The notes below the pieces were generated by a model. The model searched no databases, was not told where the DNA came from, and was given only the letters and a program-made list of their open reading frames with translations. Below are positions 40,825-51,268 of a stretch of 64,000 nt of DNA, piece after piece. This DNA comes from an uncultured Nitrososphaerales archaeon (lineage in GTDB: Archaea > Thermoproteota > Nitrososphaeria > Nitrososphaerales > Nitrososphaeraceae): NCBI GenBank assembly GCA_963841565.1, contig CAWJCY010000004.1, positions 1 through 64,000 on the forward strand. Reading direction: 5' to 3'. The position numbers were made by a program, and so were the translations under genes. How positions within the stretch are numbered: the stretch's first letter is position 1; the number at the start of each line of letters is the position of its first letter.

Positions 40825-41380
40825 GATAACTTAACGACCTGCGGATGATAAATCTGTTCTGAGATTAACTGCTACACAAAAAGTTGCCTCTGAGTGAATT
40901 TGCTAGGCCTGGCGTCGCAACTAAAGATGACTGAACCTAGCTGTAAAAAATAAGTGCAGAATCTCCCATATTCTGCGGTCCCTCGCCGTCTTCCTCAACC
41001 TAATGGTCTCTCAAAGCTTGTTCTAGCTCCCATACTAGATAACCAGGAGTCAGCAATTTGCAAATGGGGGGTATCATATAACTTTAGATGTTAATGTCCG
41101 ACTTCGAGCCATTCGCTTTGAGGAGAAAATGTTGAAGCATGTACTACCAACTGGTCACCTAACATTCTATTCAATACTAAACATCATTACATTACCTATG
41201 CAGGCTAAATTTCAACTACGCTATATTATTTTCCAGAACCTAACAATAGTGAAATTATAATTATCGTCGAAAATACCTCATGATTTCTTGAGGATCGGTC
41301 GAATTGCTTCAACTAGCCTGTCTAGGAGATCGTTTGAGACCAAAAAACATAAATCTAGTCATAAATCGCATGCGTTGGTA

Positions 41381-42574
41381 ATGGCCAAGAAAAAAGTTGT
41401 TCTAGCATACTCAGGAGGTCTAGATACATCTGTATGCATAAGGTATTTGCAGAAGTTCCATGATGCTCTAGTTACGACCGTAACAGTGGATTGTGGTCAG
41501 GATGAAGACTTTAATGAAATCGAGAATAGGGCTCTTGAGGTTGGAGCTGCTAAGCATATTCACATCGATTCAACAGAAGAATTTGCAAATGAGTATGTTA
41601 GCCGAGCCATTAAAGCGAATGCGCTCTACCAGGGGAAGTATCCACTGGCGACCGCTTTGGCTCGTCCACTAATAGCCTCAAAATTGGTCGAAGTGGCATC
41701 CAAGGAAGATGCAAAGCTAGTTGCACACGGATGTACTGGTAAAGGGAACGATCAGGTTAGATTTGATATAACTATAAAATCACTTAATTCAGAGCTCAAT
41801 ATACTGGCTCCCATAAGAGACTTGAATTTGACTCGTGATGAAGAGATCAAATTTGCTATGGAGGAAAACATACCCATCTCGTTGGAGGCGAAAAAGTACA
41901 GCATTGATGTTAACTTGTGGGGGAGGGCTATTGAGGGTGGAGAATTGGAGGACGCAAACATAGAACCCCCTGAAAACATATTTCACTTTGTCAAAAACCG
42001 TTCCGGTGAAGCGAGATACGTAGAGATTGAGTTTAGATCGGGCATACCGATAGCATTGGATGGTAATCTGCTTAAGCTACAAGATTTAGTTGTTGAGATG
42101 AATAAGATAGCTGGCTCTCATGGAATAGGCATCGTGGATCTAATCGAGAATCGGATTGTAGGTATCAAATCTCGCGAGGTCTACGAAGCACCAGCTGCTA
42201 TTTCACTCATTGAGTGTCACAAAGATCTTGAAAATTTAGTACTTACTGACCACGAGATCAATTTCAAACGGATAATAGAGGAAAAATGGAGCTGGCTAGT
42301 TTACGCAGGTCTCTGGCTAGAACCTTTGAGAAGAGATTTGGATGAATTCATAAATACAGTTCAATCAAGGGTAAATGGAAAAGTGAGGCTAAAACTTCAA
42401 AATGGTTCTTGTCGAGTCGTAGGAAGGAGCTCAAAAAATGCCATTTACGATCCAGATACAGCTACCTATTCAAGCAGATCAATTTTTGACCAAAGGCTTG
42501 CAAAGGGGTTCATAGAATTATGGGGAAAGCAATCAGTCGTTTCTAACCAGATGTTGTCAAGCATTGAATCTTAA
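41381..42574 (+). CDS. argG: argininosuccinate synthase
   Basis: LAYSGGLDTS, HGCTGKGNDQVRF, KSREVYE; start moved to ATG 41381. Confidence 0.96.
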   Translation: MAKKKVVLAYSGGLDTSVCIRYLQKFHDALVTTVTVDCGQDEDFNEIENRALEVGAAKHIHIDSTEEFANEYVSRAIKANALYQGKYPLATALARPLIASKLVEVASKEDAKLVAHGCTGKGNDQVRFDITIKSLNSELNILAPIRDLNLTRDEEIKFAMEENIPISLEAKKYSIDVNLWGRAIEGGELEDANIEPPENIFHFVKNRSGEARYVEIEFRSGIPIALDGNLLKLQDLVVEMNKIAGSHGIGIVDLIENRIVGIKSREVYEAPAAISLIECHKDLENLVLTDHEINFKRIIEEKWSWLVYAGLWLEPLRRDLDEFINTVQSRVNGKVRLKLQNGSCRVVGRSSKNAIYDPDTATYSSRSIFDQRLAKGFIELWGKQSVVSNQMLSSIES

Positions 42575-43028
42575 TCGAACATTGTAGCGTTGTGCATTGT
42601 GACTGAAATTTGGTGATTGATGCGTTAGGCAGAAATTGAGTGCAAATTCATGCTTTGCCAAAAATCAGATTCTGCAGATGAATTTCGAATTGTGATAAAG
42701 TGTTATGCCAAGGGAAACTGAAGATTTTTCTTCATGATTTACTCTAACGGTTTAATTGCATGGTGCTTAGCAACTGAAAGGAAAGACCCGCGCATACGAT
42801 GTTGTTGACTTGAATATACATTTATAGCGCACATATTTAGATAAGTTCAGCCCAAAGTCTCTGCATTGTGACAGTTTGTTGGTTCGACAGAACGGGCAGA
42901 CGATGTATAGGTCTCTGATTTGCTCACGAATAAATGAGGGACTGGGGTGTCAATTATTCCCCCTTAGCACAAGATCGATATAAAAATTCATAAACCGATT
43001 AAAAAGATTATACTGATGAAAATAGTAT

Positions 43029-44081
43029 ATGAAGGTAGGTGTTATTGGAGCATCAGGTTATGTAGGTGGTGAGCTCTTGCGGCTGCTATGTACCCACCCA
43101 AAAGTCGAGGTGAACATGATAACCTCTAGACAGAGAGCTGGCGAGCTCGTTCATCGCGTTCATCCCAGTCTTAAAGGGTTCATAGATCTAACTTTCTCAA
43201 CCCTAGATACAGAAAAGCTATCTGATAAATGCGATCTCGTTTTTACCTCACTTCCTCATGGCAAATCAAGTAGCATTGTAAAGGATCTCTATGATCGCGG
43301 TATGAGAATTATTGACCTTTCAGCTGATTTTCGTCTAAAGGATCCTAAGGATTACGTCAAATGGTACGGATGGGAACATCCTTTCCCCGAAATGCTCTCT
43401 CTATCTGCGTATGGAGTCCCGGAGTTCAATAGAGAAAAAATAAAGGGATCACGCTTAGTTTCTTGCCCAGGATGCATGGCGGTTACGTCGCTTATCTCGA
43501 TAAGACCACTGATTGAAAAGGATCTAATTGATACTGACCACATCATTGTCGATAGTAAGATTGGCTCATCGGGAGCAGGTGCAACTGAAAACGCAGGGAC
43601 ACATCATGCTATGCGTTACGGGGTAATACGACCATATAAACCAGCCAAACATAGACACACAGCAGAGATAAAGCAAGAATTGGAAATGGTCACAAAGAGC
43701 CCTATAAAAGTCAGCATGAGCCCTCACGCCGTTAACATTGTACGAGGAATACTAACAACTAATCACATTTTTATGAAACAAGAGGTCACGGAATTGGAGC
43801 TATGGAAAATTTATCGTGCAGCGTATGGCACCGAACCGTTCGTTCGTCTAATAAGAGATAAGAAGGGACTGTACAAATTCCCAGATCCCAAGTTTCTTAT
43901 TGGCTCAAACTTTTGCGATATCGGTTTTGACATCGATGAAGACAACATGAGAATCGTTGCATTATCAGCATCAGATAATTTGATGAAGGGCGCTGCTGGG
44001 TCTGCAATTCAAAATATGAATGTGATGTTCGGGTTCAATGAAATAGATGGATTGAAATTCACGCCAATTACTCCGGTATGA
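43029..44081 (+). CDS. lysY: [LysW]-aminoadipate/glutamate-phosphate reductase (LysY/ArgC)
   Basis: GASGYVG, DLSADFR, SCPGC, DNLMKGAAG. Confidence 0.93.
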   Translation: MKVGVIGASGYVGGELLRLLCTHPKVEVNMITSRQRAGELVHRVHPSLKGFIDLTFSTLDTEKLSDKCDLVFTSLPHGKSSSIVKDLYDRGMRIIDLSADFRLKDPKDYVKWYGWEHPFPEMLSLSAYGVPEFNREKIKGSRLVSCPGCMAVTSLISIRPLIEKDLIDTDHIIVDSKIGSSGAGATENAGTHHAMRYGVIRPYKPAKHRHTAEIKQELEMVTKSPIKVSMSPHAVNIVRGILTTNHIFMKQEVTELELWKIYRAAYGTEPFVRLIRDKKGLYKFPDPKFLIGSNFCDIGFDIDEDNMRIVALSASDNLMKGAAGSAIQNMNVMFGFNEIDGLKFTPITPV

Positions 44082-44887
44082 TAGTAGTTAAAATTGGCGG
44101 TAGTATCGTGTCAGATAGTTTGCATCCTTCCATTTTTGATGACCTAACAGCAATATTGCACAATGAAAAGATAGTTCTTGTTCACGGGGGAGGGAAACAG
44201 GTTACTAGTGTTGCCAACAAGCTAGGCGTGAAGCAACAATTCATAGTGTCTCCTGGAGGCATCAGGAGTAGATACACAGATCGGGACACCGTGGAAGCAT
44301 ATACAATGGTCATGGCGGGGCAAGTGAACAAATCAATTGTGGCAAAGTTGCTTAAACATGGAATAAATGCAGTTGGTATTGCAGGGGTAGATGGGGGCCT
44401 TCTAAGGGCTGAGCGTAAGAAGAAACTCCTGATCATAAACGACAAAGGTAGAAAAATGTCTATCGATGGAGGTTACACTGGAAAAATCAATCACGTAAAC
44501 AAATCTCTTATTGATATCCTACTTGATGAGGACTTTGTGCCCGTAATCTCACCAATTGCATTAAGCGAAGAATTTGAATATCTTAATGTTGACGGGGACA
44601 GAGCAGCCGCTCATATAGCAGGGAATATGCGAGCAGACAGAGTTATATTTCTCACTGATGTAGCAGGCCTATTAATTGATGGGAGACTGATTGAAAATCT
44701 GACTTTAGGTGAGGCGAAAATGATGCTCCCCAAAATCGGTTTTGGAATGGAAAAGAAGATTTTAGCGTGCACAGAGGCATTGGAGCTAGGCGTCGGAGAG
44801 GCCATAGTCGGCAGTGGTTCAAGAGAAAATCCCATATCCAAATTGTTGGCTCATGAAAATTGTACGGTGATCACAGCACATGAATAG
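44078..44887 (+). CDS. lysZ: [LysW]-aminoadipate/glutamate kinase (LysZ/ArgB)
   Basis: VKIGGS, VHGGG, SRYTD, LNVDGDRAAA. Confidence 0.93.
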   Translation: MIVVKIGGSIVSDSLHPSIFDDLTAILHNEKIVLVHGGGKQVTSVANKLGVKQQFIVSPGGIRSRYTDRDTVEAYTMVMAGQVNKSIVAKLLKHGINAVGIAGVDGGLLRAERKKKLLIINDKGRKMSIDGGYTGKINHVNKSLIDILLDEDFVPVISPIALSEEFEYLNVDGDRAAAHIAGNMRADRVIFLTDVAGLLIDGRLIENLTLGEAKMMLPKIGFGMEKKILACTEALELGVGEAIVGSGSRENPISKLLAHENCTVITAHE

Positions 44888-46059
44888 TGAGGATGACTTC
44901 CTGGGCCACCTGTACCAACGATTTCCTATAGTCATCGACCGTGGAAAGGGTGCCAAGGTATGGGATGATGAGGGAAGGGAGTATATTGATTGTATGGCGG
45001 GGTATGGAGTAGCTCTGGTGGGGCATTGTAATGACAGAGTTGTCGCTGCTATCAAAGATCAATTGGAAAAGCTGATGGTCTGTCATATGTCAACTTATAA
45101 TACTGCCAGATCAATTATGCTCAAAAAGCTATCTAATGTAGTCCCGACTGGGCTAGACAAGATTTTTTTCTCAAATTCTGGCGCAGAGGCGGTGGAAACA
45201 GCGCTCAAGTTTTCACGAAAGTTTAGTGGAAAACCTGGCGTAATTTCAATGAATGGAGGATACCATGGAAAAACTCTAGGTGCCCTATCCGTAACTTCCG
45301 GCGAAAAATATAGGAGGCCATTTGAGCCACTGTTGGACCACATTAAATTTGTCCCTTACGGAAATACTAGCAAACTGGTAGACTCCATAGATGACAAGAC
45401 TGGAGCTGTTATATTAGAACCGGTTCAAGGCGAAAGCGGGATTATAATGCCTCCACCGGGGTTTATTCAAGAAGTTAGGGAAATTTGTTCGAGGCATTCT
45501 CTTGTTTTGATTTTCGATGAGATACAATCCGGATTTGGTAGAACCGGCAAGATGTGGGCCGCTGAGAATTGGAATACCATTCCTGATGTCGTCTGTGTCG
45601 CAAAGGGTATAGCAGGGGGGTTTCCTATGGGATTAACCATAACGAAAAATGAAATTATTGAGAGTATGAAAATTGGTGAACATTCATCTACTTTTGCAGG
45701 TAATCCACTAGCTTGCGCTGCTGCCGAGTGCTGCCATAGACGCCCTAGTTCTTGACGGATTGATCGAGAACTCTGCGGAAACTGGACGCTATTTCAAAGA
45801 TTTGTTGGTTCAGCTTAAAGAAAAGCACAAAATAGTGAGAGAAGTAAGGGGATTGGGATTGATGCTTGCATTAGAACTGAGATTTGATGTGAGAAATATA
45901 CTTATGGACGGCATTTCAAATGGTATCTTAATGTTGTATTCGGGCCGAAACATCATCAGATTGTTACCGCCTTTGTTAATTGATAGAGAATTGGTCTTGA
46001 AATTCGTTACAACTTTAGATAGACTGTTAGCATTGGAGGAAGAAAAAAGATCTGTTTGA
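44880..46059 (+). CDS. lysJ: [LysW]-semialdehyde aminotransferase (LysJ/ArgD); +1 frameshift near 45726
   Basis: NSGAEA, EPVQGE, FDEIQSGFGRTG, VAKG; the C-terminal EVRGLGLM..IRLLPPL lies in the next frame. Confidence 0.92.
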
Positions 46060-46063
46060 GTCC

Positions 46064-46477
46064 ATGGATCCGACAGATGTCAAGATAATCAAGATCCTTC
46101 AGTCGGATTCTAGAAAAGCCTTTGTAGAAATAGCAAATGAAATAGGCCTATCAGAATCTGCGGTCAGGAGACGGGTCAAGAACTTAACCAGGCGGGAGAT
46201 CATCAAGAAATTTACCCTTGAAGTAAATAGTGGCGATAAAACAAGCGCCATCACATTGATTTCTGTCAATTCGACTTCAGATACTTCATTTGTTTCTGGA
46301 AAATTAATGGGGCTACCAGGCGTAGAAGTCATTTATGAGATCACAGGACAGTACGACATAGCCGCTGTTATTTCAGCACCGTCTATATCTGAGATAAACA
46401 AGTGTATCGACGAAGTTCGAAAAACTGAAGGAGTATCAGATACGAATACAGTTATCATCTTGAAGACAATTAGGTGA
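46064..46477 (+). CDS. lysM: Lrp/AsnC regulator LysM
   Basis: HTH LSESAVRRRV, YEITGQYD; position within the lys operon. Confidence 0.88.
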   Translation: MDPTDVKIIKILQSDSRKAFVEIANEIGLSESAVRRRVKNLTRREIIKKFTLEVNSGDKTSAITLISVNSTSDTSFVSGKLMGLPGVEVIYEITGQYDIAAVISAPSISEINKCIDEVRKTEGVSDTNTVIILKTIR

Positions 46478-46630
46478 ACCTGAAATCGATATTAACTATT
46501 ATTTCCTTCGCGGTTATAGTCAACATTCTGGAATAGGGTATCGAGAATTGTCATTGTTGCCAACGTAATTAGTCGATTCAGTTGCGAAAAGGTTTATAAC
46601 ATGTACGAAAGATGAACTTATTGGTAGTAG

Positions 46631-47860
46631 TTGTCGCTAAAATCAGAGGGCCCAAACCATTTCGCGAATCTTTACAATGAATCTAATGAGCTCAGCACGC
46701 GAAGAATTCGGATACTAGATTCAACCCTCAGAGAAGGTGAACAGCATCCTGGTGTATCCTTCACAATAAAACAGAGAATACAGATTGCATGGATGCTTGA
46801 TTCTTTTGGCGTTGATCAGATAGAGATAAGCCCGGTTGTTTCCAACGATCACTTCGAGGCTACCAGGACCATTATTAGGCAAGGATTGAAGGCAGACATA
46901 CTAGCACATGTCCGAGCGATCAAATCTGATGTAGATCGGGCAATAGATTGTGGTGCGACATGGGTGGCCACTTATTTAGGTATATCAGATGTTCACCTTG
47001 CTTCCAAATTAAAAATTTCAAGAGAAGAAGCCAAAGTTCGAGCTTTAGAGGTGGCAGATTACATCAAATCGCACGGACTGAAATCTCGGTTCACTATGGA
47101 GGATGCAAGTAGAACTGACCCAGACTTTTTGGTAGAAATGTGTGTCGAAATGAATAAGAGAGGAATTGAAAGGATAAGCCTGCCTGACACCGTAGGCATA
47201 ATGAGGCCCGCAGGGATGCAAAAAATGGTAACGTTGATTCTTGGTCATATAGATGCAGCCAAGACTTCTATTGACGTTCACTGTCACAATGATGTAGGAC
47301 TAGCTCTGGCTAATGCATTGGCTGGTTGTGATGCAGGGGCTGATCAAATTCATACTACTATTGACGGATTTGGGGAGAGGACGGGCATCCCATCGTTGGC
47401 TGAAACTGCAGTCGCATTAACTTTCATATATGATTGTAGAACTGATTTGAGGCTTCATATGTTAAAAGACCTTTCCAGAACGATATCCCAATATACGCAT
47501 TTGGAAACACCTGAATCGAAACCTATCGTCGGCGACAGCGCATACAAACACAAAGCTGGAACACATCTTGCTGCGATCCTAAGAGACCCTTCTGCCTATG
47601 AGATACTTGAGCCCAAATTAGTTGGGAATAGACGCAAGATAGTTTTCGGGGAATTGGCAGGGAAGAATGGTGCCGGTTACTTGCTGTCACTTTTGGGATT
47701 GAATACTGGCATGGAAGAAGCTGAAACACTAGCTCGAGGTCTAAAGGAACTTAGAATGGGAGATGTCCTCGAGTTGTACTTAGACGACAGACTGGAGAGA
47801 AAGATACTTAATGATGCTGTTGCAAAAGTTAAGACTGAGGAAAGAAGAGAAAATTGGTAA
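46631..47860 (+). CDS. homocitrate synthase (DRE-TIM family)
   Basis: DSTLREGEQ, PDTVG, HCHND, GERTG; lys operon context. Confidence 0.85.
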   Translation: MSLKSEGPNHFANLYNESNELSTRRIRILDSTLREGEQHPGVSFTIKQRIQIAWMLDSFGVDQIEISPVVSNDHFEATRTIIRQGLKADILAHVRAIKSDVDRAIDCGATWVATYLGISDVHLASKLKISREEAKVRALEVADYIKSHGLKSRFTMEDASRTDPDFLVEMCVEMNKRGIERISLPDTVGIMRPAGMQKMVTLILGHIDAAKTSIDVHCHNDVGLALANALAGCDAGADQIHTTIDGFGERTGIPSLAETAVALTFIYDCRTDLRLHMLKDLSRTISQYTHLETPESKPIVGDSAYKHKAGTHLAAILRDPSAYEILEPKLVGNRRKIVFGELAGKNGAGYLLSLLGLNTGMEEAETLARGLKELRMGDVLELYLDDRLERKILNDAVAKVKTEERRENW

Positions 47861-48021
47861 AATGTCCAGAGTGTGACGCTGAAGTAAAGATTCCAGACGA
47901 TTCGATGGAAGGAGAGATAGTGACTTGTGCAGATTGTGGTGCAAGTTACGAGCTGGTAAAACGCGAGAAAGGGTTTGACATCAAACCGGCCCAGGTTGTC
48001 GGTGAGGACTGGGGTCAGTGA
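47854..48021 (+). CDS. lysW: amino-group carrier protein LysW (55 aa; missed by the ORF track)
   Basis: TTG start; MVKCPECDAEVKIPDDSMEGEIVTCADCGASYELVKREKGFDIKPAQVVGEDWGQ; stop overlaps the lysX start (GTGA). Confidence 0.95.
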   Translation: MVKCPECDAEVKIPDDSMEGEIVTCADCGASYELVKREKGFDIKPAQVVGEDWGQ

Positions 48022-48908
48022 ACAAAGAGAAAATTAATACTACGCCTACACCTTCTCTCACAATTCTTTACGACAACATTAGATGGGAAGAAAAGGCTCT
48101 ATTCGAAGCAGCCAAGAAAAAAGGTACAAACGTCACTATGTTAGATTGTAAAGCTTTATCTCTAAAACTAGAAGGCAGAAGAGACGATGACATCTTATCG
48201 AATGGCACTGTTATCCAACGCTGTGTTAGCTATTTCAGGAGTATCCATTCCACATCAATGCTGGAAGGTCTAGGATATAGAGTCATAAATTCATTTGAAA
48301 CATCAAACATTTGTGGCAACAAACTATTTGCACACGTAACTTTGAGGAAGAACGGTGTCAAAACACCTAAGGCTATTACAGCTTTCTCCGCCGAAGCTGC
48401 ATTGTCGGCTATAGAGGAAATAGGATACCCTGTGGTCATAAAACCTACTGTCGGAAGTTGGGGAAGATTGATAGGATTATTGCGCGACAGGGACGCTGCA
48501 GAAGCTGTTATTGAAAGCAGAGAGTATATGTTTCCATTATACCGAATTTATTTTTTTGAAGAGTTTGTAAAACGGCCACCTAGAGATATCCGAGCGATAG
48601 TAATTGGCAACCGGGTCGCAGCAGCTATCTATCGATATTCTGGACACGAAGAATGGAAAACAAATATGGCTCTTGGAGGCAAGGCTGAACCATGCGCAGT
48701 TACCAATGAATTAGAAGACCTATGCCTAAAGGCATCAGATGCAGTCCAAGGAGAAATTGTTGGAGTGGATCTGATGGAGAGCGACGAGGTTGGATTAATG
48801 GTACATGAAGTTAATAGCACCACAGAATTTAAGAATACAGTACGAGTAACTGGCGTTGATATACCCACGCTTGCTGTTGAATACTCAACAGGACCCAGAA
48901 ATAGATAG
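48018..48908 (+). CDS. lysX: alpha-aminoadipate--LysW ligase
   Basis: IRWEEK, QRCVS, KPTVGSWGRL, WKTNMALGG, HEVNSTTEFKN. Confidence 0.93.
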   Translation: MNKEKINTTPTPSLTILYDNIRWEEKALFEAAKKKGTNVTMLDCKALSLKLEGRRDDDILSNGTVIQRCVSYFRSIHSTSMLEGLGYRVINSFETSNICGNKLFAHVTLRKNGVKTPKAITAFSAEAALSAIEEIGYPVVIKPTVGSWGRLIGLLRDRDAAEAVIESREYMFPLYRIYFFEEFVKRPPRDIRAIVIGNRVAAAIYRYSGHEEWKTNMALGGKAEPCAVTNELEDLCLKASDAVQGEIVGVDLMESDEVGLMVHEVNSTTEFKNTVRVTGVDIPTLAVEYSTGPRNR

Positions 48909-48910
48909 AA

Positions 48911-50032
48911 TTGGTGTCATACGGCTATGCAGTAGAATTTCTAAAGGGTTCTCTTGAAAAGTATACACCATCTAGGTCTGAGTCGCCACTTGCGATTTCT
49001 CTCAAAGAAAAATGCATTGATGAGTTAGGATTTGAGGAGGCCTACATAGACAGTGTCGGAAATATGATCGCAACTAAAGGCAATGGAGAACCGAGGATCC
49101 TTCTTTGTGGTCACATGGATACTGTTCCTGGAAGTATTCCAGTTAGAATAGAAGATGGGTATATCTACGGTAGAGGAGCCTCTGACGCAAAGGCTCCACT
49201 AATCTCAATGTTGCTTGCGGCTTCAGAGTTTCCTAAACAGCGCGGAACCATAATCCTTGCTGCAGTTGTCGATGAAGAAGGAAATGCAACGGGGATAAAG
49301 CACCTGGTTTCAAAACACTTGGATGTGAATTATGCAATATTCGGTGAGCCTAGCGGTATTGACAAGATCACCGTCGCATATAAAGGAAGGTTAGCAATAA
49401 GGCTTGTATGCGATGTAAAGAACAGCGCTCATGCTAGCGCACCTTGGCTGGCAAGGAACTCTATTGAAGAGATGTCTGCCTTGTGGAATGAATTAAGGGC
49501 TGAGTTATGCGGAAAGGAAACTCTATCAGGTGGATCCGATTCGGTGACCTGCTCTATCACAGAAATAGAAGGGGGATCTAGTCACAATGTCACTCCCCAG
49601 CGATGCAAAGCAACAATAGATATCAGAATACCTGTGAAAACTACTTGTGATGAAATTCTGGCAAGAGTAGATTCTGTAGTAAACAAGGTATCCAAATCTA
49701 ATGGGAATGTTATAAAATACAGGACCGAAGATCGGACGGAGCCTTTTGAAGCAGAATTTAGATCAGTGCTAGTTCGGGCTCTTTCCTTATCGATCATGGA
49801 CATATGCAAGGTCAGACCTTTACTAATTCGCAAGACCGGTACTGGAGATATGAACATTTTAGGAAATGCCCTTAAAATGCCTGCGGTGACCTATGGACCG
49901 GGCGACCCTCATTCATCCCATACTACCAACGAAAGAATAAAGATTCAAGAATACATATCAAGCATCGAAATCTATACGAGGGCGTTATTCCACATCTCTA
50001 GAATACATCACCTAAAGAAAGATTTGCATTAG
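48911..50032 (+). CDS. lysK: [LysW]-lysine/ornithine hydrolase (M20 family)
   Basis: GHMDTVPG, GRGASDAK, DEEG, GEPS, KTGTGDMN, YGPGD..SH. Confidence 0.92.
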   Translation: MVSYGYAVEFLKGSLEKYTPSRSESPLAISLKEKCIDELGFEEAYIDSVGNMIATKGNGEPRILLCGHMDTVPGSIPVRIEDGYIYGRGASDAKAPLISMLLAASEFPKQRGTIILAAVVDEEGNATGIKHLVSKHLDVNYAIFGEPSGIDKITVAYKGRLAIRLVCDVKNSAHASAPWLARNSIEEMSALWNELRAELCGKETLSGGSDSVTCSITEIEGGSSHNVTPQRCKATIDIRIPVKTTCDEILARVDSVVNKVSKSNGNVIKYRTEDRTEPFEAEFRSVLVRALSLSIMDICKVRPLLIRKTGTGDMNILGNALKMPAVTYGPGDPHSSHTTNERIKIQEYISSIEIYTRALFHISRIHHLKKDLH

Positions 50033-50068
50033 GGAACAAGACAATTTGTGGTGAAAGGATAGACTACA

Positions 50069-51136
50069 ATGTTATGGTTAATCGGACTCGGAATAGAAGG
50101 CCTTAATGGGATGAGTATGAAAGGCCGAGAAATCCTAAAAACATGCAACCTCATCTACATAGAGAGATTTACAGGTTATTTGTCAGAGAGCGATTTAAGT
50201 GAATTGAGGCTCTACTGTAAGCATGACGATAATGTAGCAAACGTTGTAGGAAGATTATTTGTAGAAGATGGCCGTGAAATACTTGAACAAGCTGCTGACA
50301 ATGAGGTAGCCTTGATAGTATATGGCGATGCTCTAATTGCCACTACCTACATTGAATTATTCATACGAGCCACAAAGAGAGGCATTAAGGTGGATGTGAT
50401 CCATTCCGCGTCCGGTATCACCTCTCTAATCGGCGAGAGCGGATTACAAATTTACAAGTTCGGCAGGGCATCAACTATAATGTCTGAACCTCAGTCGGCT
50501 ATTAGTGTTTACAACACATTGCTGGATAACTTATTGCTAGGAAATCATACACTAATCTTGACCGAATATAGCGAGATAAAGGAAAACATTTCCCCTTTCT
50601 TTCTGAATCCTACTGTTGCTATGAGGATGTTATTGGACGTCGAAAAGGATCAAAGAAGTCGAGCATTCACTGAAGAGACCTTTGTAGTCGTTGCGTCAAG
50701 GATTGGAAGAACTGATAAGAAGATCATTTCAGGTCAAGTTCGATCACTTATGGAAATAAATTATGAGACTGGCCCTCACTCCCTTATAGTCCCTGGTCGG
50801 CTTCATTTCGTGGAAAAGGAAGCGATCTCCTGTATAACTTCGGTATTAAACGAGCCAAATGAAAACTCTTCACAAGTTGTGAGAATTTCTACGAGAATGG
50901 TTGAAAAGTATGTTCCCTCTGTTAAGAGGACGGTAAATGAGCTAAGAAAACGACTGCCCACAGATTCAATACAATACAAAGGAATTATCGCCGTACTCGA
51001 CAATGCGGAATATTATGTTCAAGATGCTGAAAAATTTTTAAATCAGGGAAAAAATGAATTAGCCGTGTTGAGTGTAGGCTATGCGGAAGGTCTAATTGAT
51101 GCAATTTCCTTCCAAAGGGGGTTGGATCCTTGGTAG
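50069..51136 (+). CDS. dph5: diphthine synthase with C-terminal DUF357-like domain
   Basis: IGLG, GDALIAT, GLQIYKFG, HTLIL, PHSLIVPG; tail YVQDAEKFL..AVLSVGYAEGLIDA. Confidence 0.92.
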   Translation: MLWLIGLGIEGLNGMSMKGREILKTCNLIYIERFTGYLSESDLSELRLYCKHDDNVANVVGRLFVEDGREILEQAADNEVALIVYGDALIATTYIELFIRATKRGIKVDVIHSASGITSLIGESGLQIYKFGRASTIMSEPQSAISVYNTLLDNLLLGNHTLILTEYSEIKENISPFFLNPTVAMRMLLDVEKDQRSRAFTEETFVVVASRIGRTDKKIISGQVRSLMEINYETGPHSLIVPGRLHFVEKEAISCITSVLNEPNENSSQVVRISTRMVEKYVPSVKRTVNELRKRLPTDSIQYKGIIAVLDNAEYYVQDAEKFLNQGKNELAVLSVGYAEGLIDAISFQRGLDPW

Positions 51137-51268
51137 CCGAATGTTACCTAAAGCAATGCTTATCTGAAAGGGAAAATTTTCAAAAGTCCTACCTTTGCAC
51201 AAATAATGGGGTCATTTCAGCTAAAATGGTTTTAGTAGTAGCACGACTTACTTATCCCCTAATACCCG

